Source: Macrostomum hystrix (lineage: Eukaryota > Animalia > Platyhelminthes). From it: DNA of 64,000 nt. The stretch is from positions 2,046,001 through 2,110,000 of the forward strand of contig CATNEN010000041.1 in assembly GCA_950097015.1 (NCBI GenBank), in the 5' to 3' direction. Made by a program: the position numbers and the translations under genes. The notes beneath the pieces were generated by a model. The model was not told where the DNA came from and did not search any database. It worked only from the letters and a program-made list of their open reading frames with translations. Shown here one piece after another: positions 25,501 through 37,500 of this stretch; position 1 is the stretch's first letter, and the number at the start of each line of letters is the position of its first letter.

Positions 25501-28500
25501 TGCTCCACAAAGTGGTTGACCACCCCGGCCAGGTTCTGCGGCACCTTCTGGCCGCGGACCTCGTTGTAGCCGGACTCCGGGTCGGCCTGGGAGGTGAGGT
25601 GGTTGCGCACGCCGGTGGGGCAGGTGTAGTCGGGCGGGAGGGCACAGGCGATGGAGGACAGGCAGGGCAGCGCCTGGCTGAATAGGTCGGCGTCGTAGGT
25701 CTTGTCGGACAGGGCGTCGAAGATCTCGCTGAACAGCGTCATGGTGAGCGCCTTCTCCTGCTCGGTGGCCACGCGGCGGCCGCCCCGCACTGACGAGCTG
25801 TAGTAGTAGCCGAACTTCTTGTAGTGCACCGTCAGCATGCGCAGCGGCACGACGGACTGCACCGTGAGGTTCCGGATGTCCTGTACGATCTTGTCCAGCA
25901 GTTTGGTGAAGATGTGCGGGTTCAGCTGGTTGGTGATGGCCACCAGGAACTCGCTGATGGTGTCTCGCTGGTTCTTGGTCAGTGTGCTGGTCTTGCTGAG
26001 CTTGTAGGCAGTCGACAGGGTGACGTAGAGCAGGCTGTCATCGACGTCGGTGCAGCTGAAGAAGTTGGCGTGCCGGGTGAGCAGCGGCAGCACAGAGTTG
26101 CAGATGTAGCGGTTGATGGCCAGCGCCAGGTCGCTCTCGGCCAGGCCGGGGACATTCATGGTGGTGGCATCCCGCATGTCGGGCAGGAAACAGTTCTTCA
26201 TCAGCCGGAAGAACGTCTGCGTGTCGTCCGTGCCATAGATTCGCTCCAGGAACAGCACCACGGAGGCCTTGTGCTCCGGCAGCAGGCCGGGCGGCAGGCC
26301 GGTCTCGTCCTTGTACTCCTCCTCGCCGTCCTCATTGACCTGGATAATGGTATAATAATAGTATTGTAATGCTAAGATAAGTTATCGTATTCAGCAGAGC
26401 ACTAGACATGCAGCCAGCGAGTGGGAATTCTGCCCATTCCTCAGAATCCTAAGCACGCGCTCACACAGGAGTGTACACTTCACTGTGCCCTGGAGGTTGG
26501 CCCTCAAGAGCGGAAGTTGCACGAAGAGCCACCAAGCGTTCTCTCCGCTGCTGTGCCCCAAATAAATGTGGCCCCGTCGCGGAATCGAGCTCAGGGACTT
26601 TAGCGCGAGAGGAAAACGCATTAGACCGCTCTGCCACTCACCACCCCTGCGTTGACCTGTATGGGTCATGGGTCATCCCATCTGAGACTCCCAGCCCAGA
26701 CATCCAAATTCAGCGGCTCCAACCCACCTGGAAGTTGACTTTCACGGGCTGCAGGATGAACCTTAAACTGAGGACGCCTTCCAGGTCGGCCATGGACACC
26801 AGGGACTTCAGGATGGCCCGCATTCGCAGCGAGTCGCTCCTGGTCGTGTTCGGGTCAGGGGCGCATCGGCCAAGCAGGTCCACCAGCACAGCGTAGAATG
26901 TCAGCACCGCGCCGCCCATGTCGATGTAATCTTCGTCATCGTCCGCCGGCAGTCTGGACAGGTCGTAGTCCGCCTCCGGCACCACCATCTTCCCCAGGAT
27001 CTTCTCCTCTGACTCGGCGATCACCTTCGCCAGGATGTCGTCCTCGGCGCGGTAGAGCGCGATGTGAATCGACATGGCGATGCCATCTTGGATGGCCTTC
27101 AGGAGGCCGCCACCGCTGCCGCTGCCGCCGCCGCTGCTGCCACCGCGCAGGGCGGGTCCGAGGCACTCAGGCCTTCGAATCAGCAGACGGACCACCAGGC
27201 TGGCGTTCTCCTCCACCGTCTCGCCGTTGACCCAGACGGTGAAGCGAAGGAAGTCGAGAAAGCGCTCGCCCTCGACCGGGTCCCAGCCGACATCCGGGTA
27301 GCCAAAGGCCAGCAGCTCCGTGTTGGACTGGACGCCGCAGCGGGACAGGTAGCTTGCGATCCGCTCGAGCTGAGCCTCCTTCAGTGCTAGCGCCAGCTCA
27401 TTATTGTCCATGAAGGAGGAGTAGGCCACGTCCAGCGGGCAGGAGCCACGAAGGCTGGCCTTGGTGAGCAGCATGCTGCCGTTCTCCACCATGAAGCCGA
27501 GGTGCTCGAACACGGCCCGCTGGTTCTGCACTCCGGTGCGGCAGAAATAGCACAGGAAGCGGCAGCACATCACGATCATGTTCTCAGATGAGCAGCCCTC
27601 CTCAGCGGCCGCGGACGTTGTGACCTCCATGGCCAGCCTCGACTTGTTCAGCGTGTGCACCATCAGCTGCATGACGGTCTCGTGCACGCTGAGGCACCGA
27701 ATGAGGTCCGGGTGCTGGAAGAACACGGTGTTGTTCATGATGTCCCAGAGACTGGCCTTCAGCATCTCCTCCTCGGCTGGGGACACCTGGACTCCGATGA
27801 GGCAGCGCACCTTCCCTAGCGCCAGCAGCAGCTTGCTGATGTCAGCCCGGGAGCTGGAGTTGATGACGTACGCGCGGTTCAAGGCGGCCACGATCTCTCC
27901 CAGGGCGTTGTACTGCCGGTGCAGCAGGCTGAACATCTCGCGCAGGAGCAGAAGGTTCTCAATGGCCTCAGAGTTGGCCCATTTGATGATGGTCTGGCAT
28001 ATCAGCTCCTGCAGATTCTGCGGACCCGAGGGTGCGTCGGCCGCGCCCGACAAGTCCTGCGCCTGCCCCCGGCCCATCTTGCTGAGCAGCAGGCTGAGCA
28101 TGCCGCCGCCTCCGCTGACGTCCTGCGGCTGCTGCGCCGAATTCGACACCAAAGCGACCTCGCCACCGGCTGCTCCGGCCTCGCCTTTGCCCGCCTCCGC
28201 GGCCTCCTCTGGCTTGACTCCGCAGCAGGACAGCAGTGTGGAGTGGTAGTGGTTCAGGAAGTCCTTCAGGCTGGCCCGGCTGGTGCAGTGCAGGAAGGTA
28301 CCGTACTCGGCGCGGCTGTAGTGCACCAGGGAGCGCATCTGCTCCTCTGGCGGGCAGCGGAATTCGCGGGTGCGCCGCGCCGCCACCGCCGATGGCAGAC
28401 TGGAGTTCTTGATGTCCAGGTACTTCTTCAGCTGGTGCTGTGGGGTGGGAAACGTTCAGAGCTCTCAGACTTTAACTCATAAAAAAATTCTCAGAGAACG

Positions 28501-31500
28501 TCAGGAGTTCGAATCCCGAAACTAACCGACTGCGCCTCGGTGACAAAGTACTTCGCGGCTGCGATCAGCGTCTCCAGCCTGTGCTGCAGCTGCGTGTCGC
28601 ACAGCAGGTGGAACATCTTGCACAGCTGCGTCTTCGTGTTGTCGCTCAACGAGAAGTCCAGGATGGCCTCGTCGCCGTGCCGGTCGGCCTGCAGCTCCGG
28701 TGGGAAGGTCCTCGGGTGCACGGCAGACAGGATGCGGAAGATCTCCTCCACCGACAGGCAGCCCATGGCCAGCAGGTTGTTGATCACCTTCAGAAGCGGA
28801 CTGCGGTTCGTGGTTGGGGAAGCGGTGTTCCAGATATTTTTAGAACATTCGTCTCACTTAAGAGTCAATAGTCCTACTATCTTGCTGATAACTTCTGGGG
28901 GTCACCTGAGCCTTCTGGTCACTGAGTCACAAACACTCACACGAACTGGTACTCATAGCTGCCGCCCACGGGGTCACGAAGATGGCCGCCCATCGCTGCC
29001 GCGTTAATGAACATCTGGATGCAGTCGTCCTTGAGGCCCCGGATCGGGTAGGGCGGGCAGAGCTCGAGCGCAGGCGGGTGCGCCTCGTCCTCGTTGACCA
29101 GGAACGAGAAGTTCGTGCGGATGCACTTGCCGCCCTCCTCGCCTGGAATCTCGTGGAAGTCGCGCAAGAATTTCTCCTCGTCAATCTCAGGTGAGAACAC
29201 CTGGTCGTGGGTGAGCGGGATGACGAACTCGTTCTTGGTGAGTGAGCGCAGCTTCACGTAGCTGTCCAGGTGCATGGCGATCAGCAGGTCGAAGTAGGCC
29301 ATGCGGAGCGGGCCAGACAGGTCTGCGGACATGTGAGAGTAAAGAGCAGCTCTTCATGAGGAAAGCCTGGCATGTCTGGCTTTTGATTAAATTGTCGGCA
29401 GATAAAAAACTCTAGAACTGACGGTACTTTCAATGATTCAAGGATCCTTTAACTGTCTTCGGTTATACAAATAACCCTAGAACTGTCGGTACATCAAAGG
29501 ATCCTAGAAATGTCGGTATATCATAGGACCCTAGAAATGTCGGTACATCAAGGGATCCTAGAAATTTCGGTATATCAGAGGATCCTAGAAATGTCGGTAT
29601 ATCAGAGGATCCTAGAAATGTCGGTACATCAAAGGATGCTAGAAATGTCGGTACATCAAAGGATGCTAGAAATGTCGGTGCACCAAAGGACCCTAGAACT
29701 GTCGGTGCACCAAAGGACCCTAGAACTTTCGGTACATCAAAGGACCCTAGAACTGTCGGTACATCAAAGGACCCTAGAACTGTCGGTACATCAAAGGACC
29801 CTAGAACTGTCGGTACATCAAAAGACCTTAGAATTGTCGGTGCATCAAGGGATCCTAGAACTGTCAGAAGATCACAGAATTCTATAATCATTCTCTAGAG
29901 ACCATCCTACTCACAGATATTCAGCGTGAGGAAGTTGAACTGGTCGGCGCTGACGTGATTGGTGAGCATCTCGGCGGCGGTCCTGTTGCCGTGCGAGCAG
30001 ATGGCCTTGTAAAGCTGCAGCGTGCCCTTGTGGAACTGCAGCAGATCCGGCAGCTCCTCCATCTCCAGGATGTCAAAGCTGCGCTCCTCCTCCGACAGCT
30101 TCAGCGCGATCATCTGCACCGGCTCCTCGCACAGCAGGGACCAGCCGCGCAGGTCGGACAGTTTGAGGATGTTCACCCGGAGCTGCGTCTGCGGCACTCG
30201 CGACCAGCTGATGCTGGACATGCACTGCGCCTGCAGCCGGTTCGGCAGCTGCGGCATCGCCAGCTTCGGGCGGCGCAGCATCCCGGAGACCACGGGCAGC
30301 GTGTGGCGCGTGCGGCCCAGCTCGAAGGCGGCCACCTGGCAGCTGCGCGCCTTGAAGGCGACCGCCGGGTAGAGGACCGACGACTCTGGCACCTGGAGCC
30401 GGGTGTGTGTAAAGTAACTTTACCTATTCATAATATTAACAAGTATAACTCATGACACCTGTCCCAATCGCCGACGGCAAAGCCGCAAATATTGCGCGGC
30501 GCATCTGAAGGCTGCGTACAGCTGTTTTAGTCCATGGACTGGGGAGATGCCGCACACCCTCAATTAACCCAGCTAATGCTGGTACCCATTTGATGCATCA
30601 AATGGGTGAACTGAAGCAATGCAGAGTTAAGTGTCTTGTCTTGCTAAAGGTCATATTTGTTCCGGTGTAGTCGGGAATCGAACCCCCGACATTGAAAGTT
30701 GTGAGTCCGACGCTCTTACCACCAGGCTAGAACTCCCGTATTACCTATTCAAGATTCTCATATATAATCTTCAATTAATCGAATGTCTCAAACTCGAATA
30801 CTTGTTTCATTGAATCTCAGCAAATCTAAGAAATTTATAAAATCCCAACTCAATCCACTCGAATCCCACTTGAATCCCACTCGATCCCACATGAATCCCA
30901 CTTGAATCCCACTTGAATCCCACTCGAATCCCACTTGAACCCCTTTCGAATCCCACTTGAATCCCACTTGAATCCCACTCGAATCCCACTTAAACCGCCC
31001 AAGATTTCACCCAAGCCTCTCCTCAGTCTCCGGCATTAACCAGCGGGCCACCAGCCCGAGCTCACCTGAACTCTGGCAGCGATCGGCTTGCCGTTCATCT
31101 CGAAGGACAGCGAGCCGCCGGCGGCGTCCAAGAAGCAGCCGATGGTCAGGCCCTGCGAGAGACGCTTGGAGGCGTCCTCCTGGGAGCCGAACTTGGCAAG
31201 CAGGTCGCCCGCGTTCACCATGTAGACGGTGCGCTGCTGGTCCACCGACTTTGGCTGGTAGTCGTCGTCCAGGAGGCAGACGTCCACCCAGCTAGCGAAC
31301 ACGGACTCAACGTCGTGCGTTGGCAGCTTGAAGTAGGGCGTCAGCCAGCCGATCCAGGAGCAGGCGGGGTCCTGGCCCGGCAGCAGCCGCACAGAATAGT
31401 AGTATTCGTCGATGTACTCGGCGACCGCGTTCTCCCGTACCTGCGGCCGAAGATTGACAAATAAGCCACTATGAACACCCTGACGTGAATTTCTCCAATT

Positions 31501-34500
31501 TCACTGATCAAGCCTAAATATTAGGCGCAGCTCAACCACAGGACACCATCGCCTAGTCTAACAACCAATCAGTCAACAAAAAATTTCCGGGGTTCCTCCA
31601 TTGGTATGAAATCGGGCGGCAAATTGGCTTGGTAGTCCTACTGTTAACAGATGTAGCGGACGAGCAAATGTGTTTTAACGAGCTCATTTTTAGAAATGAA
31701 TTTCAATGTGCGTTGGTTAGCCTAAATTAACCTATTGGTGCAACGCACACGTGCGGGCAGCCTCACCTGCATCTCGTACTGCAGGTGGTCGCTGTCGTCG
31801 GCTCCGAACTTGCCGAACAGTCCGGCGTCGCCGCTGGTGTCTGGCGTCAGGATTGCCGTCACAGCGCTCTGCGACACGTCGTCAGCGCCGTGTCCGCTCT
31901 TCTTCTTGAAGAAGTTGGCGATCTTGGTCTTCTTCTTCGCGCCGGCGGCCGCAGCGGCGGCCGGGTGGTGGCTGTCCACGGTGGTGCCCTTCGGGACCAT
32001 CAGGGAGGTCGGGCCAGCGCCGTCCCCGCCGGGGCGCTGCTGCTGCGCCTGCTGCAGGCGGGGGTCCAGCTTCTTGCGGAAGTTGTCCACCTCCGCGCGG
32101 CGCTGAGCCAGGCTGCGGCCGGTGAAGTGCTGGTGGCAGCGGACGGGCAGGCTGAGGCGGACAACCTCCAGGTGGTCCTCCTGGTTGCTGGGCACGTACT
32201 TGGTGCTGATGCTGATGAGGGGGGTGCCGCCAGCGGACCGCTGCGCCAGGATGTGCGAGTGGGAGCTCTTGTCCGAGATGGTCTCAAAGCTGGTTTCCAG
32301 GCGGTCATACCACATGGGCAGGGCGGACTGCATGTTGCTGCGGGGTGCGGGATTGATCGATTGATTTTTCAGCAATATTGCTTTTCAATCTGTTAGCGAT
32401 TGACATATTGATATCAGTGATTGATGCATCAACCCAATCCATTGATATCAGTGATTGATGCATCAACCCAATCCACTGATATCAGTGATTGATGCATCAA
32501 CCCAATCCATTGATATCAGTGATTGATGCATCAACCCAATCCACTGATATCAGTGATTTATGCATCAACCCAATCCACTGATATCAGTGATTGATGCATC
32601 AACCCAATCCACTGATATCAGTGATTTATGCATCAACCCAATCCACTGATATCAGTGATTGATGCATCAACCCAATCCATTGATATCAGCGCCGCGCACT
32701 CACACACAGAATGGCTCGAAGCCCTCCTGCAGGCCGCAGCAGGTGAAGTACTTGAAGCTCTTGACGTCCTGGCCGAGGTTCAGCTTCGCAGACTGGCCGA
32801 CCCCCAGCGAGAAGGCCGGCACGTAGCCGTTCTTGACGTTGACCTGGATTCCCTTGAAGGCGATCTCCTGGCCCACACTGTCCATCATCAGTTCGCCATT
32901 GAGCGAGAAGTCTGCGAGAGATAAGCGCAGGTTTCATTTTAGCCTACTGACAGTAGCGGTTAGCGATTCTGCTAGCCGAATGCTTCCATAAACTTAGAGG
33001 CGTCTGACTCGCTACAAGAGCCTGGGGTTCGTTCCGCAGCGAGGCCATATTAATTTGGGGTGTACGTACGTACATGCAAAGTGTACACAGCACAGCCTGA
33101 CATTGTGAAATTCTGTGCAAATGTGTACACTATTTGAATGTACTTGTCTGCATATTTGGGTTTTCGGGTCGAAAAAGGCAAAAGAGATTCGTCAGGGCCA
33201 AATCTCTCAGTGACCAATGGCTTCGTGATTAATGTGGAATATCAGGAATAAGCAATGTCAGGCCATTGCCCCGCAATGCATAGGTTTGAATCCCTTCTAA
33301 TGCCGCGTCGGTGTAAGCACGCTTTCTAAATGGCGTTTCTACCCCCTGTATATCACTCCCTCTCCCCCCAGATGCGAAATCCACTCACAGATGGTGCCAT
33401 CGTCCAGATCGATCAGGCAGCCGACCACATCGCCCTGGCGGCAGCGCTTGCCGAAGCGCTCGGAGTCAACGTGCCATTTCTTGGCCTGCGCAAGGAAACA
33501 CGGGCGAATGCGAGAAAGTGCAAATGGATTCTGCGAGAATTGCTAAGGCTGACCTGCCCAGAAGCACCGCATCTCCCATCCCCCATGTAGCCCCTTCTCT
33601 CCCTGCTGACATTTTCAAGCATCTGCGCAGCCCCGCCTGAAGAATTGCTTCCCCCAGAAATGCCCAGACCCTAGTAATGTGCCAGGCCCGGTACCTTGCT
33701 GCTTTGACGCAGGCCTTTCCAATACTTGAAATGCCGTTTGTAAGAACCAATATAACTGAACCGCTTGCAGCTTTCACAAATCACAAATCACAAATCACAA
33801 ATCACAAATCACAAATCACAAATCACAACTCCTGGAGAGCCTGGAGTTTTAGGCGCTTCACAATGCTACATTAAAGTGCGTTTGGAAGATTGCAAATGCG
33901 ATGTAAGAAGGACGCGGTATTCGGTCTGGCTTTGTTGTGCGGGTGTCTGTTTCACCTGATCGTAAATTCAAAAATAAATTTACTTTAAAAATCCTTCAAC
34001 CTAGGAAATGCTAAACGTATGCCTTTAATTCGCCCACGGGATGTTAGTCTATGCATAGCGCCTCGACGTTTCACATGAATCGGAACGGATAAATTTGTGC
34101 AAACAGCGACACATTTGGCCAGGTGAGCAAAGTTCCAAAAACTGACCGAGCTGCAGTCGAACGCGTAGGAGCCATTGGAGTCGCCAACCAGGACTCCGGC
34201 CTGCGAGTCGGCCTGCATGAAGCCGACCCGAATGTTGCCCTCTGACATTATTTCGAACTCGAAGTACCATTTGCCCTGCGACACCGCCCAGGTGGTCTGC
34301 ACGCGGTAGGTGCGGCTAATGTCGGAGTGGCACGGCTCCAGCATGCGCCGCATGATCAGCTCCTCGCGCACGTCGGACGATGAAGAGCGCTCGATATCGT
34401 AGCCGAAGGCCAGGATGGTCTTGATGATCTCGGTCGAGCTGGCCCGGTTCACCGCCTGGATGGCCGGGTCCACGTGCTTGAACGGCACCAGGAAGGGGGA

Positions 34501-37500
34501 CCGCTTCAGCACGGGGTCTTCCTCGATGCCCCAGGTCCAGCCCTGAGCAATGCGGTCGCGGCCCCAGAGGTTGTGCGTGTTCTCCGCCAGGTAGTCCGCC
34601 AGCTCTTCCAGGGCGGGACTCAGCGCGTACTGCGTCAGGTCGATCGGCATCGGCTTGTAGCCGTTCGGCTGCACGAAGCTGTTGCCCAGCTTGACCGTCT
34701 TCACGCGGGTCTCCTTCTGTGGGTCGGGCACGATATTGTAGCCCAGGATGAAGATGACCTTGAGCGTCTCCTGGGCCAGGCTCAGGTTGTAGGTCCTCTC
34801 GTAGTCAGGCAGCTGGCTGAAAGTGGTCAGGCACGGGTTGGTCTTGTCCTCGTCGCTGCGCTGCTCACCGTAGGTCCAGCCCTGCTCGATCTTCTTCATC
34901 GCCCAGATCTCGTGCAGGTTCTCAGCTAGGCGTTCGCGGATCTGGTCCACGGTGACCGGCGCCTGCATCGCGGTGCAGTCGATCGGACTCGGGCTGAAGT
35001 TGTTGTAGGGCCCGACGTCGTTAGGTCCCTGGTAGATGCTCTTCTCGATGAAGCCAAAGTTGAAGCAGGGCTCGATGCGCAGCTTGCGGCCGGGCAGGAT
35101 GGCGTCCGAGATGGGGCTGAAAGTGTCCAACGGCCCAAACTTCAGGCGGCCGTGGCTGCCACCGAACAGGAAGCGCACGCTGACCTTGGCTCCCAGGCTC
35201 ACGCAGGGGTAGAAGGTGCCCCACTTGTCAAAGTCTTTGAAGAAGCCTTTCACAGTCTGGCCATTTACGCTGAATGTGATGCGCGGAATCGACAGATCGA
35301 TCGCGGAGCCGATCACGTCGCCTTTCTTGAGCTGCACCTCCATGGAGCGGACCGGCTGCGAGCTCTGGTTAGTCCACAGGTGATTGCCATCAAACGCAAA
35401 CGAGTAGATATCGTCTCCGAGGCCGTTGCAGCCCCAGTTGGAGCCGCGAGCTGGGTAGGGCAGGAAGCCGTCCGCGTTGGCCCAGCCGATGCGAAGGTGC
35501 GTCGGATTGTCCGTCTTCTGCTCGATGGAGTCAACCACCACCTCGAAACACCACCGGCTGTACATGGCCACGCCGTCCGCAATCTTCACGGACACGTTGG
35601 GTCGGAAGCAGCGCACGTGATCCACCAGGCGGGTTTGCAGCAGCAGGTCGCGGTCTGGCAGCAGCGTGTTGGAGATGAGGTTCTGGTTCAAGCGGACCGC
35701 GCCCTGGGATCCGGACACGCAGAGGCTGCAAAGAACCTCGAGGATCTTGGAGTCCCTACCCTGACGGTCCAGCAGGCCCACGACTGTTTGAATATGATTC
35801 TCCCGGATCATGTTTAGCGCTTCGGGGCTGTGCGTGAGGACTGAGAACAGAACGTCCAGTACGCCCTGGGCCGCCTCCTGGCCCTCCAGGCGGCTAAACA
35901 GCCAATTGAGGCGCTGCGTCTGCGCGAACTGGGCGCAGTTGGGCCGGTTGCCGCGGATCAGCGCTGCCAGCAGCAGGTACAGGTAGTTACTGATTGTGTT
36001 GTAGCACCCGCTGCGGTCATCGCCGCAGATCGCAGCGAAGTCGCGGCTGCTCTTAAAAGTCAAGCTGAACTTGTCGATCGTGTCCAGGACCAGCGAGATC
36101 ATGCCCTCTTCCTGGAAAAGGCCTTGGCGATTCTTCAGCGCCTTCAGCTTCATCACGCGAGCCTCATGCTCCTCAGACTCGTCTGGGAACTCGAAGAAGT
36201 CGATGAGGTCCTTGAGGGAGCGCTGCACCTCGTCAATGTTGGTGGCCTGCCAGGCTGGCGACTGAACACCCTCGGCTAGCAGGCCATCCAGCGCCTTCAG
36301 CAAGTTGTGAAAGAACGCGGCACAACGTCGGATGGCCACGGCAGACTTGGAGTCCTCCTCTTGCGACTTGGCGAACGTGAACGCGTCGTCCATGTGACCT
36401 TCGGCCAGCACAATAGCCTGCTTTTCCTCGACGCGGCCGATGCCTCTCTTTTTTGTCTCGTAGGTCTTGTAGGACAGCCACAGACCGGAGCTGATGTGCT
36501 GCAGGAATGAGTAGGTCTCATCGTACTTAACATCAGCGGATCCCATGCCCTCTTCCTCGCGCTCCTCCTTCGACACCTTGTCATCCTTCGTCTGCATGAG
36601 GAAGAACGCCGTGACATCCTCCTGGGCCTGCTCTGGTGGCACAGTCGTCAGCAGGTGGCTCTCAGTCACACCCAAGTAGCGTCCGGAGGTGACGTGCCGA
36701 ATGCGCACCTTGCAGGACCAGGAGAAAAGGCCGCCAGTCCAGCGGATCTTCACGTGTTCCACGCGCCACAGAGAGCGCGCCTGGGTCTTGGCGTCGCCAG
36801 TCTCGTACATGACCTTCGGCAGGTCGGTTGGCGTCTCGCTCTCTTCCTGGCAGATGGTCAGGCACTCGTCGCCATGCATGAAACGCAGGACGTCGCTGCC
36901 GAACACGCAGCTGAGATTCTTCTGACGGATGGCCCCGCTGCTGACGGGGATGATGGTCCACAGCGTCTGCCGAAACGAGGCCAGGACGCCGTTGTCCTCG
37001 GGCGAGAAGTGCTGCAGGATTTCCACATGGTCGTGTTTGTATTGATTGCTTGATTAGAAAAAAATGATTGGCTAGTTGGGCGAAATGGACTTACGAGGTA
37101 CCGCTCGGACGAAACGCTGACGAGAATGAAGTCGTCACCGATGCGCACCTTCTCGCCGTCTGAGCGCGTCTTAGAGGCCGGGTGGACGGTCCACCAGCAG
37201 GATTCACCTGCGGCGAGGCGCGAGGTTGGAGACGGTGAAAAGGCTTGAGTTGAGCAGGGCAAGATAGGGTAAGCCCGAGCTTTTATCGCATCCGTGCAAT
37301 CAGTAGTTGTTGGGAATGAATTTATTAATTCAATTTAATTTTTTGAGTTCCCATCACCGCCTGCAGGAGAGAAGGTTAAGGAACAGTTCCAGCAAGTTTC
37401 TGTAGCTCTACATAGCTTTACATGGATAAGCCGGAGATGCTCAGAAAGTCTTCAATTTAGCACTGAAAAGTACTCAGCGATCTACGAACTCTTTCACCCA

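Noticed and set aside
32912-34146. Mutually exclusive duplicate of the 97-bp SPRY2 exon (33389-33485), as reported for insect RyRs
   Set aside because: I translated the long upstream intron (33486-34146) in part and scanned the downstream one by eye. No second exon with WH...GDVVG homology and matching phase was found; AWH and WGMGDAV in ORF 33466-33777 are wrongly spaced.
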